Positions 1-10,946 of a DNA stretch of 64,000 nt are shown one piece after another. Source of the DNA: Candidatus Flexicrinis affinis. Its GTDB lineage: Bacteria > Chloroflexota > Anaerolineae > Aggregatilineales > Phototrophicaceae. Positions within the stretch are counted from its first letter, which is position 1; each line of letters opens with the position of its first letter. Made by a program: the position numbers and the translations under genes. The stretch lies in the NCBI GenBank assembly GCA_016716525.1, contig JADJWE010000002.1, positions 579,951 through 643,950 on the forward strand, in the 5' to 3' direction. A model generated the notes under the pieces. It saw only the letters and a program-made list of their open reading frames with translations. It had not been told where the DNA came from and did no database searches.

Positions 1-1089
1 CTTGTCTCCGCCTAGACGTACGCGCGGATCGAGCCAGCCGTAAAGCAGATCGGCCAGTATGTTGCTCACCACCACGGATACGGCGATCACAAGAAAAATG
101 CCCTGCATGGTGGTGTAGTCGCGCATGCCAATCGCCAACACAAGGTTTCGGCCAAGCCCGGGGTACAGAAACAGCGTCTCGATGATCGCGCTGCCGCCCA
201 CCACAAAACCGATGCTGATCGCCAAGCGGGTCATCAGCGGAAGCATGGCGTTACGGCCGACATACGCGGTGAGAAGTCGGCGCTCCGGCAGACCGCGCGC
301 ACGGGCCACGGTGATGTAGTCCTCACCGAACGTACTAATGGTGCTGCTTTTCATCGTCAGCATCCACCCGCCGATGGTCGCCATCACATATGTGAACACG
401 GGCAGGAAGGCGTGTTTGAGCAGGTCGAGGATGTACTCGACGGTGAAACCGGGCGCAATACCCTGCGTGCTGCCGCCATACAACTCGCCCACCGGAATGA
501 GCTTGAGCTGTACGCCGGCGACCATGATGAGCAGCAGCGCGATGATGTAGTCTGGAATGGCGTAGATGACCGACGCGAACACGGTCATCACGTTGTCCAG
601 AATTCCCCCGCGCCAGTACGCCATGGCCAGACCAATAAGGACACCCAGCGAGAACGCAATGAGAAGTGATAGCCCGACGCTGAACAAGGTCCACGGCAGG
701 AATTTGAGGATCTGCTGGGCGACGGGTGTCTCCGTTGAAGTCAACGAACGACCCAGGTCGAACCGGACCAAATCGCCCAGATAGTCCACATACTGCTCGA
801 GTACAGGTTGGTTGGGATCGAAGCTGAAGAGTGTCGCGACTTGCTGCCGCGCCTGATCCTCCGACATTCCATAACGATCCATGTATTCGTCAATTTTGAT
901 TTGGGCGGGGTTGCCGGGCATCAGGCGAATCAAAAAGAAGGTAAAGGTCATTACCGCCCAAATGGTGATAAGTCCCTGCACGACCGTTCGAAACGTATAG
1001 CTGCGAACCAGTTTTCGCAGGGTGAAACGCGAGCGCGGCTGATCTGAGACTGATGGCACGCGCGCCGCAGGAGTTGTCTGTGCGCTCAT
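1..1089 (-). CDS. Peptide ABC transporter permease (DppB/OppB family); the 3' end runs off the window start
   Basis: The minus-strand frame is open from an ATG at 1089 to the window edge. The translation is TM-rich with a permease EAA-loop region and a C-terminal '...GWLDPRVRLGG' signature. It lies immediately downstream of an SBP gene. It is absent from the ORF track only because it is edge-truncated. Confidence 0.8.
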   Translation of the reverse strand, partial: MSAQTTPAARVPSVSDQPRSRFTLRKLVRSYTFRTVVQGLITIWAVMTFTFFLIRLMPGNPAQIKIDEYMDRYGMSEDQARQQVATLFSFDPNQPVLEQYVDYLGDLVRFDLGRSLTSTETPVAQQILKFLPWTLFSVGLSLLIAFSLGVLIGLAMAYWRGGILDNVMTVFASVIYAIPDYIIALLLIMVAGVQLKLIPVGELYGGSTQGIAPGFTVEYILDLLKHAFLPVFTYVMATIGGWMLTMKSSTISTFGEDYITVARARGLPERRLLTAYVGRNAMLPLMTRLAISIGFVVGGSAIIETLFLYPGLGRNLVLAIGMRDYTTMQGIFLVIAVSVVVSNILADLLYGWLDPRVRLGGDK

Positions 1090-1115
1090 TGGATAATTCT
1101 GTTCCATTAAAGCGG

Positions 1116-1141
1116 CTGGGGGAAGCCGCAGCTCCCCCCAG
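1116..1141 (-). promoter_or_regulatory. Intercistronic GC-rich stem-loop between the SBP and permease genes
   Basis: Inverted repeat ctgggggaagc / cgca / gctccccccag (10 of 11 bp). It sits between the SBP stop (1159) and the permease start (1089). Confidence 0.45.
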
Positions 1142-1158
1142 CCCGAACGTTCAGATCG

Positions 1159-2913
1159 TTACATCTCGGCCGGGCGAACCACACCCTCGAGCAGCAGCTT
1201 GAGCATCCACGCGTCGTCAAGCGGCGCGGCATACAGCGGGTCGCCATCTTCCGGAGCACCGGCGAGGATCGACTCGTTGAACGGCTGTGCCGCATCGATG
1301 ATGTTGAGCGGGATAAACGGCATCAGGTCGTTGAGGATCAGCGCGACGCGGCCGGCGCGCTGCGCCTGCGCGTCACGATCGAAGCCCGACGACACATCGT
1401 TGATGAGCGCGTTGAGGTCGATCATCTCGCCGTTGTACTCGAACTCCATCGGGAAGTTCATGCCCTTCTGGCCTTCCGCCAGACCAACGTAGTTGAAGCG
1501 CTGGATCGGGCCGAAGAACTGGCGCGACGCAAGCGGGTTGCCACCGGCCCACGACCACACCGACAACTGGAAGTTGCCCTGACGGATGTCTTCAGCGGTC
1601 TGCTGCCACGGGATCGCGCGCAGCGTGATGTCGAAGCCGAACTCGTTGAGCTGTTCGACGGCGTTGGTGCTGGCGCCGAGGAAGTCGGCAAACTCGGCCG
1701 GGGCCTTGTATTCGACGCTTATGCGGTTGCCATCACCGTCGACCCACTTGCCTTCACTGTCGCGCGTGAAGCCAGCGGATTCCATCAGCCCGGCGGCGAT
1801 GTCAACGTTGAATTCGTAGCGGTTGAGCTGTTCGATCGATTCGGCGTCAAGCAGCGTCGGCACCATCTTGTCAAGCACACCGGCCATGTATTCAGTGCCG
1901 GATGCGCCGAAGCCGTTGGTGAAGAAGGCGTTCTCGGCGCGGTCGATCGCGTAAGCCATCGCCTGCCGGACTTCCTTGATAGTGAACGGATAGGTATCGT
2001 GCTGCATCAACAGCGCGGCGCCGTAGCCGAGCGGCACGTTCACAAGGCGGATGCCGGCATCCACGAACGCCTGCTGCGTGGCGGGCGGATACACGTTGGT
2101 CGCCCACGCAATGTCACCGTTGAGCACGAGCGGCGTGGTGGATTCGGTTTCGCCCTGCCACAGGCGGATTTCGCCGAACTGCACGGAACCCGAGTAAATG
2201 CTGTTGGGCTGCCAGCGCAGCGTCATGTAACTGTCGCCAATGTCCTCGAGACCGTAGGTATACGGTCCGGAAGCCAGCAGCACGTCAGGCCGGAATTCGG
2301 CAATCTTGGTGGCGAGGTCGGTCCACTCCTGATCGTCGCTGGTCTTGCCATCGGCGATCAGCGCCGCAGCCTCATCGGCCAGCGCCTGATAGGTTGCGGC
2401 CGGCGCAATGCGGGTCTTCATAATGAGACGCTCTGCCGTGTAACCGGCGCCGGTCTCGTTGAAGATGAACTCGACAGTGCGGTCGTCCGCGGCGACGACA
2501 TCGCTGAGGTAGGTCCAGTCCGCCCAGTTCAGGATGCGGCCGATGGTGTACGTGACAACGGCATCATTCGCGGTCAACGGGGTGCCGTCGCTCCACGTGC
2601 CTTCCTTGATGGTCACGACGTACTTGGTGTTGTCCTCGTTGAAGCCCCACGACTCGGCAAGCAGCCCTTCGTAGCTCGCGCTGTCCCACCGATAGAAGCC
2701 GAACGGCATTACGACCATTTGACGGTAGAAGTTACCGATGCCGGTGCTGTCATGCGGGCCGCCGGCAGAGAAGAGGTTCAGATGATGCGTCGGCGGCAGA
2801 GAGTATGGCCAAGTGCCCGGGAAAATACCGTCCGGGGCGTCCTGCGCCGCGGCCGGCGCAAAGCCGACGACGACGAGCGCAAACAGCGCCACAATCAGGA
2901 GAATGCGTTTCAT
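1159..2913 (-). CDS. Peptide/oligopeptide ABC transporter substrate-binding protein (SBP family 5)
   Basis: 584-aa ORF with an N-terminal signal peptide (MKRILLIVALFALVVVGFAPAAAQ). Its length and composition are typical of DppA/OppA-family SBPs, and it precedes the permease gene. Confidence 0.85.
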   Translation of the reverse strand: MKRILLIVALFALVVVGFAPAAAQDAPDGIFPGTWPYSLPPTHHLNLFSAGGPHDSTGIGNFYRQMVVMPFGFYRWDSASYEGLLAESWGFNEDNTKYVVTIKEGTWSDGTPLTANDAVVTYTIGRILNWADWTYLSDVVAADDRTVEFIFNETGAGYTAERLIMKTRIAPAATYQALADEAAALIADGKTSDDQEWTDLATKIAEFRPDVLLASGPYTYGLEDIGDSYMTLRWQPNSIYSGSVQFGEIRLWQGETESTTPLVLNGDIAWATNVYPPATQQAFVDAGIRLVNVPLGYGAALLMQHDTYPFTIKEVRQAMAYAIDRAENAFFTNGFGASGTEYMAGVLDKMVPTLLDAESIEQLNRYEFNVDIAAGLMESAGFTRDSEGKWVDGDGNRISVEYKAPAEFADFLGASTNAVEQLNEFGFDITLRAIPWQQTAEDIRQGNFQLSVWSWAGGNPLASRQFFGPIQRFNYVGLAEGQKGMNFPMEFEYNGEMIDLNALINDVSSGFDRDAQAQRAGRVALILNDLMPFIPLNIIDAAQPFNESILAGAPEDGDPLYAAPLDDAWMLKLLLEGVVRPAEM

Positions 2914-3043
2914 GTCTATTTGCTCCTTAGTCCAACAAAGTCGGCGCGAGGCGCGCCACGGGAATGAGTCTACCCCTGCGCCTCACCCGGCGCAAATGCC
3001 GTAGGCTAAGAATCAGGCTCGAATAGATCCATTGCGAAGCGAA

Positions 3044-4291
3044 TCACGCCGTCGGCAGCCAGATGTGCAGCAGGCCGGAGTCGGTGCCGACGGCCAGCGC
3101 GAGATGTCCGTCCGCGAGCGTAAGGGCTGCTAAATTGGTGCTGACCGTCCCGTCGACCGGCACGACCCATGCGATTTCGATGTCCTCGGGGCCGTCGCGG
3201 CGCAGGCCGGCCAGATTACGCCGTTCCTGATCGGGCAGCACCAATTCGACGCGCCCGTCTCCGTCGAAGTCTCCCGCCACCGCCATATCGAGGTTGTCGG
3301 AATACAGCACATGCGATGTGAACCCGCGCAGTTCGGCCACTACCGGAAACCCGTCGCCGTTGAGCCGGTTGAACTGGACCACCCCGCCGATGTGCGGCGT
3401 CAGCACCGACGCCAGTTCGATCACGCCGTCTTCGCTAAATGCTCCGGCCGCGAGCTGATGACGCCAGCGCCCGCCGCGACCAACCTGCGGGCCTTCCGCG
3501 ATCTGTTCGCCGGTGTCACCGGCATAGACGCGGATACGCGCGCCAGCCTCCTCGTCGGCCACCGTGGCAATGAGTTCCTCGGAACCGTTGCCATCCATGT
3601 CCGTCCACAGCGGTGTCAGGCCTTCAAACACCAGCCCGTCTTCCAGCGAGATACGGTACACCTCGGTCAACGTCTCGATATTGAATACGACCAGCGCCGT
3701 CGCCTCGACGGCATCGCCCAGCACGCCGTGGGCATAACGCGACGTCTGGCCGGCGTAGACGGCGGCACGGTCGCCACGCACGACGATTCGCGCGTCCGGT
3801 AGGGCGTCGAGCGACTCTCGCACGACCGTACCGCGCGCGGTGCGAACGACGTCACCGTTGTTGGCGACATATAGCAGCCCCTCGGGCAGTACGACCGGTA
3901 CCGACCGGACCGACGCATCGGCGGGCAGAGGTAGCAGTGCGAGGTCGCCGTCCGGGTCGATCATGCCGACCGGCGGCTGACCGGGCGCAAGCTGCCCGGC
4001 GGGATTGAGCCGGCCGTTGGCGTCGACGGCAAGCACGCGCCCGTCCTCAAGCGCCACCAGCCACGATGCGCGGCTGCGCGAGGGTGTCCCGACGACCCAC
4101 TTGGGCACGCCGTCAAGTTGAACGCTGAGGTAGACGGCATCCGGCATAGAGCCGACACCGGGGACAAATCGGCTGCCGGTGGGCTGATGATGAGGGATTG
4201 CGGCAAGCGGCATAGGTCGTTCCTCATGGGCGGCAGGCGCAATGGACGTTGTAAGAAGCAGCACTAAAGCAATTGTCCATCGCGGCATCAC
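3044..4291 (-). CDS. Secreted FG-GAP/VCBS-like repeat protein
   Basis: Signal peptide followed by repeated D-x-D-G-D/N-G motifs (DMDGNGSEELI, GDFDGDGRVELVL) characteristic of FG-GAP calcium-binding blades. Confidence 0.55.
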   Translation of the reverse strand: MMPRWTIALVLLLTTSIAPAAHEERPMPLAAIPHHQPTGSRFVPGVGSMPDAVYLSVQLDGVPKWVVGTPSRSRASWLVALEDGRVLAVDANGRLNPAGQLAPGQPPVGMIDPDGDLALLPLPADASVRSVPVVLPEGLLYVANNGDVVRTARGTVVRESLDALPDARIVVRGDRAAVYAGQTSRYAHGVLGDAVEATALVVFNIETLTEVYRISLEDGLVFEGLTPLWTDMDGNGSEELIATVADEEAGARIRVYAGDTGEQIAEGPQVGRGGRWRHQLAAGAFSEDGVIELASVLTPHIGGVVQFNRLNGDGFPVVAELRGFTSHVLYSDNLDMAVAGDFDGDGRVELVLPDQERRNLAGLRRDGPEDIEIAWVVPVDGTVSTNLAALTLADGHLALAVGTDSGLLHIWLPTA

Positions 4292-4394
4292 TCACCGGCC
4301 CAGTCGTGTCGATGCGAGAGGCCGCCGGCACGGTTGCCGACGACCGACTCAGTGTACAGGACGAATCCAGTTCGGGTCAGTGGAGAATGAGCAG

Positions 4395-6095
4395 CTACGG
4401 CTGAGTGCCAGACAGCTTTGACGCGTAGTCGGTCGCGTTCTCGGTCGACTGGAAGATCACGGGCTGCGCATCGAACACGGCATCCGGGCCCAGCCGCATC
4501 AACGCGCCGGTTCGCGTGAGTTCGTCGCGCAGCTTTTTCCCGACACCGGCAAGGATCAGCTTGCCGCCCTGATCGCGCAGCATTGAGTCGTAGCGCAGGA
4601 TGACGTTGATCCCGGTGCTGCCGAGCGACTCGGTATCGCGCAAGCGCAGAATCACGAGCGGCTTGACACTGCCTTCCGGATCGGGCAGCAGCGACTCCAG
4701 CTTGCGGAACGCCGCGAAGTACAGCGTGCCGTTGACCGAAAGCACCACGGGCGTATGGTCAGGCAGCTTAGCCGGGCTGGGCTGCTCGCTGAACCGTCCC
4801 CGCTCGTCCTGTACGAGTTGAACGACTTCGATCTGCGTGCTGGATGTCCAGATGTACAACCCGAGCGACAGCAACACGCCGCCGTAGATCGAGTACTCAA
4901 GCGGCAGCACCAGCGCGCCGGCGAAGGTTGCCAGCATCGACACGCGGCCAATCGTGGAGACGGCCCACACCAGGCGAATTGCGCGCAGGTCGATCAAGCT
5001 GAGTGCCGCGACGACGAGGTGACCGGCCAGCGCCGCCAGCGGAATCACCTCAATCACGCCAGAGAACAACAGCATCATCATAAAGATGGTGATGCCGGCG
5101 TAGACGTTCGCCATGCGGCTTTGCGCGCCGCTGCTGATGTTGACGGCCGTGCGCGAGAGCGACCCGCTGGACGGCAGCGCCTGAAACACGCTTCCGACCG
5201 CGTTTGAGACGCTGTGCGCGATGAAGTCCCGGTTGACATCCGCGCGGGGTTCCTTGCGGTCGCGCAGCTTCTCGACAAGCGCAGCGTGCTGCACACAGGC
5301 CAACAGCGCCGTGGCGAACGCCGCGCCGAGCAGCGGCTGAGCGTAACCGAGGTCAGGCAAAACGGGCAGCGGCAGTCCTGACGGAATCGGCGACTGATCG
5401 CTCACGAGCGCAACCGTCGACCAGTCGAAGATCAGCACCAGCGGCGTGACGATCGCGAAGGCGACCAGCGTCGCGATGTTCTTGAGGCGTCGCATGTGGT
5501 GGAACGTGTAGATCATCACTGTCGTGGCCGCGCCGACGACGAGCGTCGCCGGGTCAGTTTCGGCGATCCGCCCGAACAGCTCGATGACGCCGCCCAGCGC
5601 GTTGCTGCCCGAATGCACCTCGATGCCGAAGATGTGATCCAGTTGACCGAAGATGATGAGCACGCCTGCCCCGCTGATAAAGCCGACGATCACGGCATTG
5701 CTGACGAATCGTGTGAGCGCAGAGAAGCGGAACAGACCGAATACGAGTTGAAACGCGGCGACCAGCAGCGTGAACGTGAACAGCGGAACGGGCGGGTCGG
5801 GGTTGTTGAAGGTCGTTAGCGCGCCCGCCACCAACAGCATGAGCACGTTTGTCGGCGCGACGGTGACGAAACGCGAACTGCTCAACAGGCCGCCGATGAT
5901 TGTCGGGAAGATGCTGGCATAGAGACCGTAGACCGGATTGACGCCGCCCAGCAGCGCGAATCCCATCGACTGCGGCGCGCCGGCGATTGCACCGGTCAGT
6001 CCCGCAGTGAAGTCCGCACCAAAACTCGCCCGTGCAAAGCGCAGACGTTCACGAAGCATGTGCAAATAGCCCAGTTGAAAGTGCCGAGACAGCAA
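4395..6095 (-). CDS. SulP-family anion (sulfate) permease with a C-terminal STAS domain
   Basis: 566 aa with multiple TM segments. The N-terminal region is SLC26/SulP-like and the C-terminus is STAS-like. Confidence 0.85.
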   Translation of the reverse strand: MLSRHFQLGYLHMLRERLRFARASFGADFTAGLTGAIAGAPQSMGFALLGGVNPVYGLYASIFPTIIGGLLSSSRFVTVAPTNVLMLLVAGALTTFNNPDPPVPLFTFTLLVAAFQLVFGLFRFSALTRFVSNAVIVGFISGAGVLIIFGQLDHIFGIEVHSGSNALGGVIELFGRIAETDPATLVVGAATTVMIYTFHHMRRLKNIATLVAFAIVTPLVLIFDWSTVALVSDQSPIPSGLPLPVLPDLGYAQPLLGAAFATALLACVQHAALVEKLRDRKEPRADVNRDFIAHSVSNAVGSVFQALPSSGSLSRTAVNISSGAQSRMANVYAGITIFMMMLLFSGVIEVIPLAALAGHLVVAALSLIDLRAIRLVWAVSTIGRVSMLATFAGALVLPLEYSIYGGVLLSLGLYIWTSSTQIEVVQLVQDERGRFSEQPSPAKLPDHTPVVLSVNGTLYFAAFRKLESLLPDPEGSVKPLVILRLRDTESLGSTGINVILRYDSMLRDQGGKLILAGVGKKLRDELTRTGALMRLGPDAVFDAQPVIFQSTENATDYASKLSGTQP

Positions 6096-6129
6096 ACAGT
6101 GTACCGCACGCTCAGGCGGTTGGCGTTAG

Positions 6130-7200
6130 CTATGACGCATTCTTGACGTGTAGATCGAAGAACGCCGTCACGCGCTGCATGAATTCGACCCAACTGTCGC
6201 CCCAGAACGTGTGATCCTGTCCCTCATACCAGAAGAACTGCACCGCGATTCCCTCGGCGCGCATGGCGTCGTACAGCTTGGTCGACCATGCGGTCGGAAC
6301 GACGGTGTCACGGCTACCAATATGGATTTGCACTGGCACGGTAATCAGGTCGAGGTCGTGGATCGGCGACACCCGCGTGACAAACTCAGTATCGCGGGCC
6401 GCGTCCAAGTACGTCTCGTACAACGTTTCATCCACATCGGCCGGGATGACTTCGCCACGGTTGCAGCGCCGCCCTGCCCGCCGTTCGGCCAGACATCCCG
6501 GCCCCCAAAGGCCGATCAGGTCGGAGTCGTCGGCGCTGTTGGTGGCGTACAACACAGCGGCGTCGATACGCGGGTCGATCGTCAGCGCTTTGGTGGCGAT
6601 CCCGCCGCCCATGCTGTGCCCCCACATGCCGATCCGTGACGTATCGGCCTGCGGGACGGTCTCTAGCGCGCTGATCAGGTTGAGCACGTCGGCGGTGACA
6701 CCGGCGTGAAACAGGCTGACGCCCCAGTCGCTGCCGCCCCAACTGCGGTAGTCTGACGAGACAGTCAGGTAGCCGCGCGCGTTGAGATAGCCCGCCGCTT
6801 CCCACGTCTCGTAGCCCGACCAGTACTCGGCCTGACGGATGTACCCGTGATTGAGCACGATCACCGGGAACGGCCCCGTTCCCGGCGGCACCTGCATGAT
6901 GCCCGTGATCGTCAGGCCGTCGCTCGGGTAGGAGATCAGATAGCGCGTAAACGTGTCGGTCGCCATGATCGACCGCTCGATCGTGACCGTGCCGCCGGGG
7001 TACTCGCGTGCGCGCAGCGATTCGAGCGTATACAGTTCGAGAATCGTGTAGTCGAGCACCGCGGCGCCGTCGCCCTCGGGCGGGGTCGACGCGTCTTGAG
7101 CGGTTGTCGGGGACAGAGCGAAAACGATCAGGATCAGTAGTGCGAAACGCGAGGAAACCTGTAGGACGTGGGACATCGAAGCATGCTCACCAGTAAACAC
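6130..7200 (-). CDS. Secreted alpha/beta-hydrolase (S9 peptidase / dienelactone-hydrolase-like)
   Basis: Signal peptide from the internal Met (MSHVLQVSSRFALLILIVFALS..AQ). A GHSMGG nucleophile-elbow motif is present. The true start may be the second Met, at about 7176. Confidence 0.65.
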   Translation of the reverse strand: MFTGEHASMSHVLQVSSRFALLILIVFALSPTTAQDASTPPEGDGAAVLDYTILELYTLESLRAREYPGGTVTIERSIMATDTFTRYLISYPSDGLTITGIMQVPPGTGPFPVIVLNHGYIRQAEYWSGYETWEAAGYLNARGYLTVSSDYRSWGGSDWGVSLFHAGVTADVLNLISALETVPQADTSRIGMWGHSMGGGIATKALTIDPRIDAAVLYATNSADDSDLIGLWGPGCLAERRAGRRCNRGEVIPADVDETLYETYLDAARDTEFVTRVSPIHDLDLITVPVQIHIGSRDTVVPTAWSTKLYDAMRAEGIAVQFFWYEGQDHTFWGDSWVEFMQRVTAFFDLHVKNAS

Positions 7201-7263
7201 GCAAACGATAGCAGGCGTGCGGCGCGCTGTCAGCCCACGACCACCCGACGCTTGCGCGAACGG

Positions 7264-8010
<747 letters not shown>

Positions 8011-8024
8011 TTCGAGACCGCCTG

Positions 8025-8825
8025 CTAGTTCTTGATCAATTTGAGTGCGCGGCTGCCGAGGTAGGCTTCGATCACCCGCGCATCCTGCTGCACCTCGGAT
8101 GGCTTGCCCTCGCTGATCTTGCGTCCGTAGTCGAGCACCGTGACCTTGTCGCTGATCGTCATGACGACGTGCATGTCATGTTCGATCAGCAGGATCGTCA
8201 ACTTGCGTTCATCGCGCAGGCGGCGGATGAACGCGGTCATGTCCTTGGTCTCGTTCGGGTTCATGCCGGCTGTCGGCTCGTCCAGCAGCAGCAGCTTCGG
8301 CCGCGTTGCCAGCGCGCGCGCGATCTCGAGGCGGCGCTGCAAGCCGTAAGGCAAATTGCGCGATTCGATGTCTTCAAAACCCTTCAGGCCGACATAGGCG
8401 AGCAATTCTTGGCCGTGCTGGATAGCCTCGTCTTCCTCTGTTCGGGTCGAACGCAGCTTGAGCAGATCGCCCCACCACGGCGAGCGCAGCCAGTGGTGCA
8501 TGCCGATCAGCACGTTTTCGAGCGCGCTCAGGCGGCCGAACAGTCTGATGGTCTGGAACGTGCGGCCGATCCCATATCGCGTCAGCCGGTGCGGCGAAAG
8601 GCCGCCGATGTCATGCCCGTCAAAGCGCACCGTGCCGGTCGACGGCTTGTAGTAGCCGGTGACGATGTTGAAGAAGGTCGTCTTGCCGGCACCATTCGGC
8701 CCGATGATGCTGTTGATCGCACCGGATTCTACGGTGTAGTCGAGTGTGTCGACCGCCGTCAGACCGCCGAACTTCTTGCTGACCCCCTTCGCCTCAAGCA
8801 GCGTCGCCATGGATTGCCTCCTCAA
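8025..8825 (-). CDS. livG: Branched-chain amino acid ABC transporter ATP-binding protein (LivG-type)
   Basis: Walker A (GPNGAGKTT), a signature motif and LLLLDEPTAGM. It overlaps the upstream permease gene by a few codons; the likely start is MATLLEAK at about 8810. Confidence 0.85.
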   Translation of the reverse strand: MRRQSMATLLEAKGVSKKFGGLTAVDTLDYTVESGAINSIIGPNGAGKTTFFNIVTGYYKPSTGTVRFDGHDIGGLSPHRLTRYGIGRTFQTIRLFGRLSALENVLIGMHHWLRSPWWGDLLKLRSTRTEEDEAIQHGQELLAYVGLKGFEDIESRNLPYGLQRRLEIARALATRPKLLLLDEPTAGMNPNETKDMTAFIRRLRDERKLTILLIEHDMHVVMTISDKVTVLDYGRKISEGKPSEVQQDARVIEAYLGSRALKLIKN

Positions 8826-9927
8826 TGGTCAGCGGAGTATGCCGGCGCCGCCCGAGATGCCCGAAAAGCCCTTGCGGACGGAACAGCATCACGGCGATCA
8901 GGCCGACGCCGAAGAACACCCAGCGCAGGCTCTGTACGTCGCTGTTGGGAAAGATGGACGGCATGATCTGCGCCAGAAGCACGCCGTCGAACGTCGAGAT
9001 CAGCAGGCCGCCGATCAACACGCCCCACACGCTTCCAGCCCCGCTGAGGATGACGATAATCAGCAGGAAGATCGACACTTGGAAGCGGAACAACTCTGGA
9101 AAGATCGCCCCAAGCATCGACGCGAACACTGCCCCCGCAAGGCCGCTGAACGACGCGCCGAACGCAAACGCCAGCAGCTTGACCCGCACGGTGTTGACGC
9201 CCATGAATCGTGCGGCCGTCTCGTCCTCGCGAATGGCACGCCATGCGCGGCCAATGCGCGAGTCCTCGAACCGGCGCGAAGCGGACAGCACGATCAGCAC
9301 CAGAATGACGATGATGAAATACCAGAATGTCGGGTTTACCCCGGGATCGAGCTGCCCCGGTGGCAGTCCCGCGACGCTTTCTATTAACCCGAAATTCGGC
9401 CGTCCGAGCGGCTTCATGCCGAGCGGCCCGTTGGTCAGGTTAAAACTCTCGACCAACACCCAGTCGCCAAAGCGAATCGTGATATGGTCGAGGTTGCGCA
9501 CCAGCGGCGGAATAATCTCGCCGAACGCCAGCGTCACAATCGCCAGATAGTCGCCGCGCAAGCGCAACGTCGGCGCTCCGATAAACATGCCGAACAGGGC
9601 CGCGACTAGAACGCATATCCAGATGGCGATGAAGAAGCTGTATTCCAATCGCAGCGACGGCCACGTCAGGATTCCGAACGTGTACGCCCCGATGGCGAAG
9701 AACGCGGCGTAGCCGAGGTCAAGCAAGCCCGCGAAGCCGACGACGATATTCAGGCCAAGCGCCAGACATACGTAGATCAGGGCGCGGTTGATCTGTGTCA
9801 GCAGGCCGAATCCGGTTTGGCGCTCGAGGATGTTGATCACCGGCGGCACGAAGACGACGATCGCGACGAGGATGGCGAGCTGCGCCCAGCGCGGAATGGA
9901 CCGCCAGCGTGAAAGCAGAGTGCTCAT
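8794..9927 (-). CDS. livM: Branched-chain amino acid ABC transporter permease (LivM-type)
   Basis: 377-aa polytopic membrane protein in the canonical position between LivH and LivG. Confidence 0.85.
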   Translation of the reverse strand: MSTLLSRWRSIPRWAQLAILVAIVVFVPPVINILERQTGFGLLTQINRALIYVCLALGLNIVVGFAGLLDLGYAAFFAIGAYTFGILTWPSLRLEYSFFIAIWICVLVAALFGMFIGAPTLRLRGDYLAIVTLAFGEIIPPLVRNLDHITIRFGDWVLVESFNLTNGPLGMKPLGRPNFGLIESVAGLPPGQLDPGVNPTFWYFIIVILVLIVLSASRRFEDSRIGRAWRAIREDETAARFMGVNTVRVKLLAFAFGASFSGLAGAVFASMLGAIFPELFRFQVSIFLLIIVILSGAGSVWGVLIGGLLISTFDGVLLAQIMPSIFPNSDVQSLRWVFFGVGLIAVMLFRPQGLFGHLGRRRHTPLTIEEAIHGDAA

Positions 9928-9930
9928 CGG

Positions 9931-10863
9931 TTACACCTTCTCCACACTCTGAGTCGAACCGAGGATGCCCGACGGCCGGAATACCAGCATAAGGATCAGC
10001 AGCGAGAAGATGATCACGCGAGACCATTCGCCGCCGATGTAGAGGTCGCTCATGGCCTGCACCATGCCGATGATGAACGCGCCCAACACGGCGCCTCTGA
10101 TATTGCCAATGCCACCCAGCACCGCGGCGGTAAACGCGAATAGGCCGAACTCGAAGCCCATGATGAACCGGCCGCTGCCGGTGTACAGACCGTAGACCAT
10201 GCCAGCGATTCCCGCCAACCCGCCACCGATGAAGAATGTGATCGCGATGATCCGGTTGACGTTGATGCCCATCATCGCGGCGGCTTCGCGGTCTTGGGCG
10301 GCGGCGCGCATGGCCTTCCCCAGCCGCGTCCGGTCGATGAAGAGCGTCAGGCCAATCATCAACGGGATGGTGACGCCAAACAGCAGGAGGTCGCGCGGGG
10401 TAAAACGGATGATGCGGCTGAAGTCGCTCAGGAAGTTGGTCGTCGGGATGAAGCGCGGGTAGTTGATCTGATTCGCGCCCCAAATGTAGGCGTAGATCGC
10501 CTCCAGCATGAACGACACGCCGACGGCGGTGATCAGCGGCGCCAGCTTTGACGAACCGCGCAGCGGCCGGTATGCCACCCTCTCGATTACGACGTTGAGA
10601 CCGCCTGTTAACACCACGACCACGACCGCGATCAACGGAAGCGCGAGTATCCATGCCCCTTGCAGCGGCATCGGGACATCGAACAGTCCCCAGATCGTCA
10701 ATGAAATAAAGAAGCCAAACGTAAACAAATCGCCATGTGCGAAGTTGATCAGCTCGATGATGCCGTACACCATCGTGTAGCCGAGCGCGATGAGCGCCAA
10801 GTAACAGCCGATCGATAAGCCAACCAGTACCTGCCGTAAGAACGCCTCAAGCTGCGGATCCAT
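9931..10863 (-). CDS. livH: Branched-chain amino acid ABC transporter permease (LivH-type)
   Basis: 310-aa polytopic membrane protein immediately downstream of the SBP gene. Confidence 0.85.
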   Translation of the reverse strand: MDPQLEAFLRQVLVGLSIGCYLALIALGYTMVYGIIELINFAHGDLFTFGFFISLTIWGLFDVPMPLQGAWILALPLIAVVVVVLTGGLNVVIERVAYRPLRGSSKLAPLITAVGVSFMLEAIYAYIWGANQINYPRFIPTTNFLSDFSRIIRFTPRDLLLFGVTIPLMIGLTLFIDRTRLGKAMRAAAQDREAAAMMGINVNRIIAITFFIGGGLAGIAGMVYGLYTGSGRFIMGFEFGLFAFTAAVLGGIGNIRGAVLGAFIIGMVQAMSDLYIGGEWSRVIIFSLLILMLVFRPSGILGSTQSVEKV

Positions 10864-10883
10864 GGTCCCTCTTCTGCAATCGC

Positions 10884-10921
10884 TTCGCCGCCCCCGGACT
10901 GTGTATCCCGGGGGCGGCGAA
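10884..10921 (-). promoter_or_regulatory. Perfect 14-bp-stem intercistronic hairpin between the SBP and first permease gene
   Basis: ttcgccgcccccgg / actgtgtatc / ccgggggcggcgaa, between the SBP stop (10947) and the LivH start (10863). Confidence 0.55.
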
Positions 10922-10946
10922 ACTGCCTCACGGCGTCAGCGCGAAG

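Noticed and set aside
1999-2967. Long antisense ORFs opposite well-supported genes. Examples: 1999..2967(+), 7986..8966(+), 10962..12173(+), 12555..13589(-), 13989..15242(+), 15221..17185(+), 17234..18250(+), 20673..21455(+), 25194..26006(+), 26039..26902(+), 26322..27296(-), 26961..28223(+), 29968..30720(-), 31544..32809(+), 35713..36543(-), 42507..44189(+), 44794..45984(-), 51240..52172(+), 52702..53448(-), 54705..55592(-), 57773..58678(+), 59015..60070(+), 62974..63759(+).
   Set aside because: Each lies wholly inside, and antisense to, a gene with clear family signatures. Their translations are Arg/Ala/Gly/Pro-rich with no motifs. That is the expected by-product of stop-codon-poor antisense frames in high-G+C DNA.
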